Origin: Octopus bimaculoides
Lineage: Eukaryota
Direction: 5' to 3'
DNA: 64,000 nt
Assembly (NCBI RefSeq): GCF_001194135.2
Contig: NC_068984.1
Location: 99,972,023-100,036,022, forward strand
The notes below the pieces were generated by a model. The model was not told the origin of the DNA. It saw nothing but the letters and a program-made list of their open reading frames with translations, and ran no database searches. This document shows positions 38,740-50,519 of the stretch, in pieces. The first letter of the stretch is position 1. Every line of letters begins with the position of its first letter. The position numbers and the translations under genes are program-made.

Positions 38740-39100
38740 TGAAGTATATTTGCCACCTAAATGTGGTGGACCCATAGGGGACGATGCTACTATTGTTTAT
38801 AGCCCCAGGAAGACATCTTCTCCAGCTGGCTAATGACACACCATCTGTGTCCAATTAGTAGTTGCAAAGGGAAATCATCGTTCCCATCTCTAGCTTTATG
38901 TGATACACACAGACCCAGGTTTCTGGGTAGTAACCCATCATGTGACAATCACTAGCTAGTGATGATTTCCCTCCGCAAATACTAATCGGACACAGACAGT
39001 GTGTCGTTAACCAGCTGGAAGAGACGTCTTCATGGAGCTTTAAACAACAGTAGCATCATCCCCTCTGTGTCCTCCACATTTAGGTGGCAAATATACTTCA
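38740..39100. mobile_element. 361-bp foldback MITE with ~135-bp imperfect terminal inverted repeats
   Basis: TGAAGTATATTTGCCACCTAAATGTGG at the left is the exact reverse complement of CCACATTTAGGTGGCAAATATACTTCA at the right. The arms stay aligned to AGGGAAATCATC / GATGATTTCCCT. Confidence 0.85.
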
Positions 39101-39579
39101 TGATAATTTATGTAGATATATTAATAATCTATATTTGATCATGTGTTAGTAATAAAACAGTATTATGTTATCTATACATAATAATCTATATTTGATCTAA
39201 AATCATATGTTAGAACTAAAACAATATATCTAATATTTGGTCTATGATCATATCTATGGAAATAAGCAACATATGTAGATACAATCATCCAAATTTGATT
39301 TAAGATCTTGTTATTGGACTAAAACAATATATATCATATAATTATAATGATATTGATTATTACATCTTATGTAATATGTGTTGTAGTGAGTGTTGCAGAC
39401 TGACAGATGTTTTTTATGTTCTGAGTTCATAATGTGCTGAGGTCAACTTTGCCTTTCATCATTTTTAGGGATCAGTGAAATAAATGAGTACCCATGTATT
39501 GGGATCAATGTAATTGTCTTACACTTGCTCAAATTTCTTGACTTATATCTATATTAGAAACAGTTTATAGTAGAAAGTG

Positions 39580-39974
39580 GGTTATACATCTTTAGACGTA
39601 TACCTGACTTTCCTACTATAAACTTAGAATATAACGGAACGCTGAACTCCAGACTATCAACTTAGACAACACTTTATTCAGGTGGTAATATATATACATC
39701 TTTAGTTCTTGTTGTTACAGCTTCTGTGTGTATGAGCATAGTTGTTGGGACGTTGTTCTGTAGTTGTAAGCGAGCTGTTGAGCGTAAGTCCGAAAGATGT
39801 AGAGAGACAGCTTAACACGTAAAGAGACTGTCTCCAAGTTGGAGTATTAGAGACACTCTTGACACGTCCGTGCTCATGGTCAGCTGACCGTAAAAGAGAA
39901 AGATTAAAGCGGGAACACTTGCTTGTTTAATTCCACGCATGCGTGAGACTACGCATGCGCACGGCGTTACTACA
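39580..39974 (-). mobile_element. CpG-rich ~400-bp insert, possible solo LTR
   Basis: The minus strand starts TGTAGTAACG and has AATAAA in its 3' third. CpG density is much higher than in the flanks. The far end and a TSD are not resolved. Confidence 0.35.
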
Positions 39975-40173
39975 AGTTATTAACAGCTGTTCATCATAAA
40001 TCTGCAGCACCTAGCCAACACCTCATACTCTGATACTCAAATCCATTGTATCTGTATCAAAGAGCTTTGTCATGTGTCTCTGAACTTACCTCTGATACTC
40101 TTCTGCACTGTATTATCAGTGATACTCTACACCCTTGAAATAACAATCAATATTAAAACCTAGACCATATATA

Positions 40174-40620
40174 CAGGCTGTGGTGAATAAACTGTCGTCT
40201 AAATTACGCAAAAATGAAAATAACACTGACATCTCATTTTAACAGATATATTTACCAAAACTACATAAAAATATCTTCAAATACTAAAGAGTAAATTTAT
40301 TCAATAAAATCGCCATCAGTTTCAATCACAGTTTCCAGACGACTTCACAATCTCCTGCAACTCTTCTGGACGGTCTCCTTGTTTAAGCTAGTGAATGCTG
40401 CCATAATCCTTGCCTTCAGTTCATCTTTGATGTTGCAAGGAGTTTTGTTGGTCTTTTGCTCAACTGCACCCCACACATAATAACCAAGGAGGTTGCAGTC
40501 TGGGGAGTTAGGTGGCCAGATATTAGGGATGATGTGGTCACAGAAATTGTCTGACAGCCATGACTGGGTTCTCCTGGTTGTGTGGCATGGTGCAGAGTCC
40601 TGTTGATAGACAGACATAGA
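40174..40620 (-). mobile_element. Second maT/DD37D mariner-like fragment (3' half with right TIR)
   Basis: ORF 40345-40617: QQDSAPCH...WPPNSPDCNLLGYYVWG, with 37 residues between the QQD aspartate and the third catalytic position. Terminal TA-CAGGCTGTGGTGAATAAACTGTCGTCTAAATT matches the 33.6-kb end. Confidence 0.85.
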
Positions 40621-41299
40621 TAATTGAATGACCAGGGAAAAGGAATTACATAATCAGTTTTATTAGCTTATAACTTTCTAAAATAAGATTTTCCACAGCT
40701 TCTTATATTAGAAGTAGTTTCAAACTAATGCAGCTGATTATGTAATTCCTGTTCCCTTGTCATCCAATAATTAATATTATACTCTGTACTCACCTAATGC
40801 TTTATTCTAAACCATATGACAGGAGTATAGCAGTATTGTACCAAGTTGCAATTAGAAGATTAATGAAGGAAGAGGATGATGTGACATGGATTTAAAATGA
40901 AACATAGTCCTGCCACTAAATTCACGAGATTTACTTTTAATTTCAAATCATTAAGAAAATCAGAACTATCATCATCATCATCACCATCATTACCTTCATC
41001 ATCATGAGCATTGTCATCGTTCTTTCAACATCCATTGTTTTTTATGCTGGCATGGATGCATTTAGCCAGTACACCACACAGTACATGTCTCTCAGCATGA
41101 TCCTACACCATTTCATCTGTAAATTCAATCATCCTCAGGTCTGACATATCTATTTCTTTCCATCTCCCTCTCAACTACTGGTATATTCAGTACATTACAT
41201 TTTGACCCTGAATTCCTTCTCCACTTGCTTCATACTTGGTTCATTCAAGCACAGTCATTTTTTACCTTCATACATCAGCTGATACCTAGGAAATTCATC

Positions 41300-41352
<53 letters not shown>

Positions 41353-41680
41353 TTATGTATGTATGTATTATGTATGTATGTACTGTACACATTTTCTCTG
41401 TCAAACTTCCCTCATTTGTTGGCAGATTTTTAAGATCATCCACATTTAAAATTTATAACTCACTTCAATGCATCATCCATTACATGACACATGTCTCCTA
41501 TTTGCTTCCTTTTGCATCCAGAGAGGTGCTCTTTTTCTCACTTACATGCATAACAGCTTTTTGCTGTCAAGGTACTAACATCTTTCTAAAATCAAATCAA
41601 CAAGAGGGCTTCTGTATGATCAATCAACTTGCTCAAAATAACTATCAGATCTTCCTCAGATTACATTTGTTGTTTTAAAA

Positions 41681-41741
41681 TATGAAGTATACATTGGATT
41701 ATGAAGGATACATTGGATTATGAAGGATACATTGGATTATG
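41681..41741. repeat. 19-bp tandem repeat (TATGAAGGATACATTGGAT) x ~3.2
   Basis: Counted directly. Confidence 0.9.
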
Positions 41742-43297
41742 TAGACCTAGTTAACAGAATAGTCATGGCTGAAATGGCATTGACCATCGGTCTACTCATG
41801 TAGGTTAACCTGGAAATAACCAACAACATCTCCCTTTAATTTCTCTAGTCATTTCCTTATTCTAATTGCTATACTGACTTTGTAGCATTAATAATATCAA
41901 ACATACATACTCAAACACACACACACAAATGCACGCACATCCACACGCAAATGGGTTACATAAGTTACTCTAATATACTAACAGTCATTTGTGATATACC
42001 CTTTTATCATGATAGAAATACTAGGTGTACATACATAACTAAAGTGGTTAAAAAGTTGACTTTTCAATCACATCTTTCTTGGTTTGATTCCACTTCACTC
42101 ATGACGAGTATCTTCTATCATAGCTTTAGAGGTTGATCCAAACCACATGATAAAATTTCAGAATATAAACCTACCAATGATAAACCTAATCACTTGCCCT
42201 ACGTAACACCTCTGCTTAGCACCTTAAGAGCCTTTAGCAGGATCCACTCTGTTGCAAGTATAGTCAGGTCAGCTGTTTGGTGTCTCCCTTCATCTCCCTG
42301 AGATTCTTCCAAAAAAGATCATCAGTACAGTTCTTCTTCTTCAATGAAAACCTGTATATACCTAGAATGTGTATATTCCAGGATTTGCATGCAGCCTGAC
42401 TGGGACTTGTATTGAAAATGTGGATTTGCCTGAGTGACTGTGTGTGTATATGTCTTTGTGTGTGTGGGAGAGAGAGAGAGAGAGAGAGAGAGAGTACCAG
42501 ATTACTAAACAATCTGTAACATAATTTCTATACTTCAACCAGTCAAATCTGCCATGTTTCTTTCATGCTTGGTTAATACCTTCTCCTTTCTTTTCTTTAA
42601 TCTTCAGTTTTTAGGTACCTGTCCTCCAATTTTTGTTATCATTTCAGATAATTAAGTGTATGCTGATATACACACTTGGTTAGTGATCAGTAGTGACTTG
42701 TAATATAGCCTCTCCTCCTCTCAATCCTAGATGTTGCAGTTTGACATTACTTTAATTCTGCTGATCCAGGCACTAAAGTTACTGCTTTCTTGAGTCATAC
42801 GTGGAGTGCAGTTTTACACTCTGATGTACTTGTTTAGGCCTATTATGTGATAATGGCACAGGTCAACAGCCAAATACCATGGGATATTTTATCTGATTCT
42901 CTTATGATTCTGTTGATTCACCATGATGGTGACTGGTTTGGTTTCAGTTCTTAATTGAAATCAATCCACTCCTATCATCATCATCATCATCAGCAGCAGC
43001 AGCAGCACAACTATTGTTATCATCACTATCATTATTAATGCAACTATTATCACCATATCATTACCATTAATCCTACTGGTATCACCATCATGGCTCAGTG
43101 GTTAAAATATTGAGCTTACAATTGTGAGGTCGTTAGTTCAATTCCTGGACCAGTGGATAGCTGGTACTTATTTATAGACCCTGAAAGAATGAAAGGCAAA
43201 GTCGACCTCAGCGGAATTTGAACTCAGAACATAGCAGCAGACAAAAGATCGTTATGCATTTTGCCCAGCATGCTAATGATTCTGCCAGCTCATCGCC

Positions 43298-43332
<35 letters not shown>

Positions 43333-43807
43333 GGAAGGCAAAAATCCTCTGGGATTTAGTTTTCCCAACAGACAAAGTGTTAAAGCACCGAAGGCCAGAT
43401 ATAGTAACCTTTAGGAGGGAGAAGCAAGAGTGCCTAATAATCGACATAGCAGTGCCAGATCAATATATCATCATGAAAGAAAGAGAAAAATTCGATAAAT
43501 ATGCAGACCAGAGAATTGAGATCACTAAGATGTGGCAGCTATGATATGAACGTCAAACATATCCCTATTGTCATCGGAGCATCCAGTTCAATACCACCCA
43601 ATCTGAAAAAACATCTGAAAACCTTAGAGATACCCTACAACCTAGATGTATAGCAAAAGTCAGCATTACTTGGAACTGCACACATGTTGCGTAAAGTACT
43701 GTCTGTCTGAGGTCTTTGTTGTGACTTGACAAACAGTACAACCCCCCCCCCCTAGATACATTATCTTCAATCAACAACCTCACGATATTGTATACTGTGC
43801 AACGTCC
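43333..43807 (+). mobile_element. Second R4/Dong-clade LINE 3' end (different subfamily), flanked on both sides by (TAA)n
   Basis: KILWD..PTDKVLKHRRPDIVT..CLIIDIAVP..KFDKY..IPIVIGA..QKSALLGTAHMLRKVLSV* across frameshifts. (TAA)n at about 43299-43331 and 43808-43827. Confidence 0.85.
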
Positions 43808-44376
43808 ATAATAATAATAATAATAATCCTTCCTATTGGCACAAAGGCTGAAATTTGATGGGGAGGGGACTAGTCAATTACATTGACCCCAGAACTTGAC
43901 TGGTACTTATTTCATTGACCCCAAAAGGATGAAAGTCAAAGTCAGTCTCAGCAGAATTTGACAGATGACAACGTAAAGACAGTTGGAATTAGGTTGTGCA
44001 TTGTAGCTTCTCAGTTTCATATTATATTTTTTTTTAATATAAATAGAGGTTTTGCTATAAATTACAGGTTTATGAAGATAACAACTTTGTATATGTTGGT
44101 GTAGGTGTTTATATGTCCCTGTACACACACATATATGTATGTGCATGCACATACACACATACACACACAAGCATACATGTACGTATATATGTGTGTATGT
44201 CCATACAGATGTAGAACTTCTACGTCTAGAAATAACTGTTCCTGACAACAGATTTAACTCATTAGTTCGAATGCTGCTTCTGAAACCCTTACCATATGTG
44301 TATACATACATACACACACACACACACACATACACTACACACATCTATATGTGTGTGCATGCATGCACATGTGTGC

Positions 44377-44408
<32 letters not shown>

Positions 44409-44578
44409 GCATTTCTGTATCAAGACATATATACATAGATACATATACATACACACAAGCATTACACACATCTATATGTGTATGTGTTCATAGCTATGTG
44501 TATTTCTATGTCTATATGTATGAACATGCGTATATTTGTGTGTGTGCCTGCATGCACACACACACACGTATATATATT

Positions 44579-44639
<61 letters not shown>

Positions 44640-45151
44640 CTGTGTAGATACATGTAAGTATGTGTACATTCTATATGTATGTATATGAATATATGTGTAT
44701 GCATGTATGTATATATATATATCTATATATATATATATATTTATAGATACACACACACTCTTTGTTTGTATATATTATATGTTTGTGTGTATTCATAAAT
44801 TCTTGTGTGTTTGTATGTAGGTAATTGCATAAAATGTGGGAACAAAGCCATTTTCTCCTAAAATCTATTACAAACAATCCAGTAATATATGCAAAAAAAT
44901 AAACAAACAAATGTAGCATATATAACAAAATATAAACAAGCTGAAAGGCAATAAGAACAACAAGACATCAGCAACAAAGCTATAATGATGTCGATATTTT
45001 CATATTTCTAAACGGTAGTAAGTAGCGTTGATATGCAAGTGGGGAATCAGAAAATGATGCAGAATTCCTTAATTTGAGCTGAGTAAAAATCTAAAATGTT
45101 TATATTATGCATATTTCATGATTTCTTTGTCTACCTCTTTTGCTCTCTTTC

Positions 45152-45185
<34 letters not shown>

Positions 45186-45978
45186 CCTTACTCTCTCAAT
45201 TTGCATCTCCCTTTCCTCTCTTTGTCTCATTCTACATCTCTCTTCCCTCTCTTTCTTCTTCTGCAAGTTGCATGCAGTGTTTATCATCATAATAAGCATC
45301 ATCATCGTCATCATCATAACTATCATAGTCATCATCATTTTTTGCTGGCATATCCATCTCACCAATAACCTGGAACTCTGTCTATAGAATGATGCCATAC
45401 TTTAGCTGAACATGGAACTATAGATTTTACTAGATGAGAAGTTTCAAATTTTAGAGTAACCAGTGACATTACATAAACTAGAGATTTGAAGTATTGTCTG
45501 ATTGCTACATGTGGTGGAGGAAAGTCTTGTGAAATTTCTTGGTGCATTGATAACACAATTCATAAAATTTGGCTTTATCTAGTTGCTGCATGAGGAATTG
45601 TTCTTGATGGCAATAGCTTTGGTCTGAGTTGCCTTCATCTACATCACAGTCACACATGTACAGTGGCTCGGCAATCTCCAATAAATCCAGTCATGTGACT
45701 ACCTTTAATCAATGAAAACTGACCTTGCATCTATGGACGTAATATCTTTGGTCATTTTTCACACTTACTGTAATATTGTCAGAAGGGTGACAAATACATA
45801 CTTCTGTGAGTGGATCGTTTATTATCTTCTAATGTATGTGTGTGTGCATGTATGTGTGCATGCAGGCATATGTGCACATAAAAATGCATATTTGCAGCAC
45901 TTTGGGCAAGTGTCTTCTATTGTAGCACCAGACGAAACAAAATCTTGTGTGTTTCGCAGAAAAAAGTATACAAAACCT

Positions 45979-46014
<36 letters not shown>

Positions 46015-46461
46015 AGTGAAAAGTCACTGAGCTACAAACACTATCAATTCCTGTCCACAAATTACCCACAGGCATGCAGAATAAAAATAAACTCCTTACT
46101 TGAAGAAGGATTAGTAACATAAAGGTCATCCAGCTATAAAATAATGCCTCAGTAATATCTAATCATCTATCTCAGGGTTTCTTATAGTGGTATATACAGA
46201 TCTTTAAGTTGTGGGCTGGAGAAGTGATAAATATAATTTTGGCTGGTAGGAGTATAAGCTGGTAGGAGTACATTCCTATAATTATAATTTTTTTTTTTTT
46301 CAAATCAGTTTCCAAATTGAATGAATAATAAATAAGATGTCAACAGATATTCTGTTGCTATTTATTCTCAAAGTACAGAAGGAAATAATACTCTCCTATT
46401 TGGGTGGGGGAGGAACTGGAATTTGTTTTATATTTCTTTTGTATTTATCTTTCTTCTTTCA

Positions 46462-46492
<31 letters not shown>

Positions 46493-46708
46493 TTCTACTA
46501 AAGACACAAAGCCTGAAGTTTTGGGGAGGGATTAAGTCAATTATACTGACCCTAATACTCAACATGAACATAATTTATCAACCCCAAAAGGAGGAAAGGC
46601 AAAGTCAACCTCAGCGGAATTTGAACCCAGAATGCGAAGACAGACGAAATATTACTAGGGATTTCACCCAGCATGCTATCAATTCTGCCAGCTCACCACC
46701 TTATTATT

Positions 46709-46789
<81 letters not shown>

Positions 46790-47602
46790 TATTATTATTA
46801 TTATTATTCACTACCTCCCCTCCCCAAGCTTTCAGTCATATTGCAACATCTCTTATCCTTCATTTGCTCCAGGACGCTGGTAGTGCCTCGGCAAGTGACT
46901 GTAACAAAGATGCAGATTAAAAGTAAAAATGATGATGATAATTATAATAATAATGATAATAATAATAATCCTTTCAATCATAGGTACAAGGCCTGAAATT
47001 TGGTGGAAGGGGGCTAGTCAATTACATTAACCCCACTACTTGAGTGATATTTATTTCATCGACTCCCAAAATGATAAAAAGTAAAGTTGACCACAGCAGA
47101 ATTTGAACTCAGAAGTTAAAGCTGGAATAAATGTCATGATGCATTTTGTCTGGTGTGTTAATAATTCTGCCAAAAAGAAGAACCTTTTCTGGTAAAAAGA
47201 AGAACCTTTTTTTTTGTTTTATTCTTGTTTCAGGATTTTGTCATTTGTGTAATACAAAAATATCTTAATTGTACACTCAGCTACACACACATACACACAC
47301 GTGTGCGTGTGTGTACACATGCATTTTACATATACACACACAAAATATATTCATTTTTTTTTAAGAAAAATCTTCACTATTTATCATTCCAAACATCAAT
47401 TTGTACCAAATTGTGTTGTGAGACTAAAAATATGGATTCTAATTGCTAAAGATCTAATGGCAGTGCTTTTTTATTTGCTCATAAATAGTTTTCAGATTTT
47501 CTTTCTTTTTTTTTTAATTGCTACTTTTATATACAGTATGTAGGTATATGTGTGTTTATAATCATGTATGCATGTATATGTGTATTTATGTGTGTATATG
47601 TG

Positions 47603-47657
<55 letters not shown>

Positions 47658-48282
47658 ATTTATGTGTGTGTATGTGTGTAATGCCTATGTTTATGTGTGT
47701 GCGCATGTGTGTAAGCTGATGGTAGGTAACCTACCCAATATTTTTACATCCATTGTCTAAATATACTTTAAAAAGACATTCACTAAAATAATTTCTCTGC
47801 TACTCTCTATGTATCTACTTGTCTATCTCTCTCTGTCTCTTTCTTTCTCTCTCTTGTTCTCAGTTTATTACTCTGTCTTCCTTTCCTTTTTCTTCATTCT
47901 GTTCTTTCATGCATGCACACACACACACACACACACATGCATAGGAAATCCTATTCCCTATATCTTTCCCTACTTCTCGCCCTCTCTTGGATTTTACTTT
48001 ACTCCTCCTTTCCCTCTTACGTTCATCTTTCATTTTTATTTGTACTCATATATATATATGCTTTGAATCCTTTGATATCCAAGTATGGTTATACACACAG
48101 ACACAGACATGTGTATTGGAGTGTCTATAACTATTTGTATGACCTTATATACTGTTTGTAGGCTTTTTATGTGCCTTATATTTTTATATTTTCATTTTTC
48201 ATTTTATTTTTACTGTATTCTTATTTTTATTCCTATTTTACTTTTATTTTCATTTTTTGCTTTATATTTGTGTTGAATTTTT

Positions 48283-48414
48283 GTAAATCTCTGAAGAGGC
48301 CTAGCAAATCATGCATATACCCCCATTTCAGCATTTCATCTGCTAATCACTCCGGCAGGAGCTATTCAGATAGAATGGGGCATGCCAACGCTAGGCCGAA
48401 ACAGCTGTAAGTTT
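48283..48414 (+). ncRNA. Type I hammerhead ribozyme motif with canonical core and long structured helix II insertion
   Basis: CTGAAGA (48291-97); perfect 8-bp helix II GGCCTAGC (48298-305)/GCTAGGCC (48390-97); GAA plus palindromic helix III ACAGCTGT (48401-08); triplet GUA ending at 48409; short helix I (CT/AG plus AAA/TTT with a bulge). Confidence 0.82.
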
Positions 48415-50011
48415 CTGTTTATTCTCAAATTCCTAATGTACTGTTTATTTGTAACCTCAATTGTTAATATAACATGGTATGTCATAAGCATTTGTATATT
48501 GTCATCTTTGTCATTTTAGTTACAAAATAAGTTAATTAACTCAACGGAATACAGTCTGCAAGTCGATGGGTACCGCATATTCTCCTCCATTTTCTAATCG
48601 CTATATATATATATATATATATATATCATCATCATCATCATCATTTAACAGCCATTGTTCATACTGGGATGGGTTGTATGGCCAGCATGGACAATAGATT
48701 TTAGATGATGATGATTATATATATATATATATATATATATGCATAGTCAATTCAAATAAACAAAGAATAAAATTAACAATAACACACAAGAGGACGTGCA
48801 CAAGGAATGTATCAGTTTGACACTCAATATATATTTATACATATACATGATTGACTTCTTTTACTTTTTATCAACCAAAACTATTCACTCTTTGTTTAGA
48901 CATGGGCTATAGTAGAAGACACTTGCCTAAGGTGCTACACAATGAGAATAAATAGAAAAATAAAAATAACAATTACATCATGGGTGCTGGTATTTTTTAC
49001 ATAATTTTTTTCTTTTTTTGAAATCTCATTCATGATTGGAAATCTATATTTGGACAATATCATACAGATTATTGATTTTTATTCAAAGTGTGAGTTATCC
49101 ATCAATTTCTATCTTTTCAATAATATCAGCAGCTATGAGCTGACAGGAGATGGGAGATTTCATTATTTTCACTTTTAAATTGCTTTAGGTCACATGATAC
49201 CTAGTTTATATATATACTGTTATTATATATATNNNNNNNNNNTATATAAAATATACATATTAATATATGTGTAATAAGCATATGTGTGTGTGTGTGTGTG
49301 TGTATACATATCATAAACACATATATAAATATAGTATACACGCATATATATATTTATATAATTTATACATATATAATGTTTTATAATATATATAGGTGGT
49401 GCTCCCTCATAGCTGCAGTCAAATGACTGAAACAAGTAAAAGAATAAAAGAATATGTGCGTGTGTGTGTGAAATTGAGACCTGAATATTTTTTAGGTGAT
49501 ATGCCACTGAATATTTAAGCAACATACTTCATGAGATATCTTTGTGTGTGTGTGTGTGTGTGTATACGCATGCATATGTATGTATGCACACACAAGGAGA
49601 CAGAGGTACACACACACACATGCATACAAACACACACATGCACATACAAACACGCACACATACCAACACACAAACATGAACACAAACACATGAATATGCA
49701 GAATACATACAAATGTATACACATGCATACATATATATATATATATATATATATGCATACACTTACATGCATACACATACATACATATATATGTATATAC
49801 ACATGCACACTGATGCACACACATGCGCACAAACAAACAAACAAAAAGAACAAAGCTCTGATAATGGACAGAGTCAATGACTATTGAAACGGATGCAAGA
49901 CACTACGAAAATTTTAGAAAAAATTAAATAAGTAAATGAGTGGAAATTGAACCTGTGAGTGTGTTAAATGATAAGGCACTAAAAGAGAATGTCTCTCCTC
50001 AGACACAATGA

Positions 50012-50046
<35 letters not shown>

Positions 50047-50068
50047 GAAAATATATACATATGTATTT

Positions 50069-50142
<74 letters not shown>

Positions 50143-50519
50143 ACACAAACACTTTTGTAGATTTAATGAAATTTCAGTCAAAAACCTGAGAACGATGATT
50201 TCATATGACCATCTTCAGCCATTTTGACAAGATATTAATAAATTTTTCTGGTAAAAAATTATTGGTAAACAAACCAACTTATTGCCACATAAATTAATAT
50301 GAAACCACTGGTCCCATTTTTTAGACTAAAATTTCATTAAGACATCTACCCATATTTAGGTGCAGTCATGCCTGTGTGGTAAAAAGCTTGCTTCCCAACC
50401 ACATGGTTCCAGGTTCATTCCCACTGTATGACACTTTGGGCTCATATCTTCTACAATAGCTTCAGGCTGACCAAAGCCTTGAAAGTGAATATGGTAGACA
50501 AAAATTGAAAGAAGCCTGT

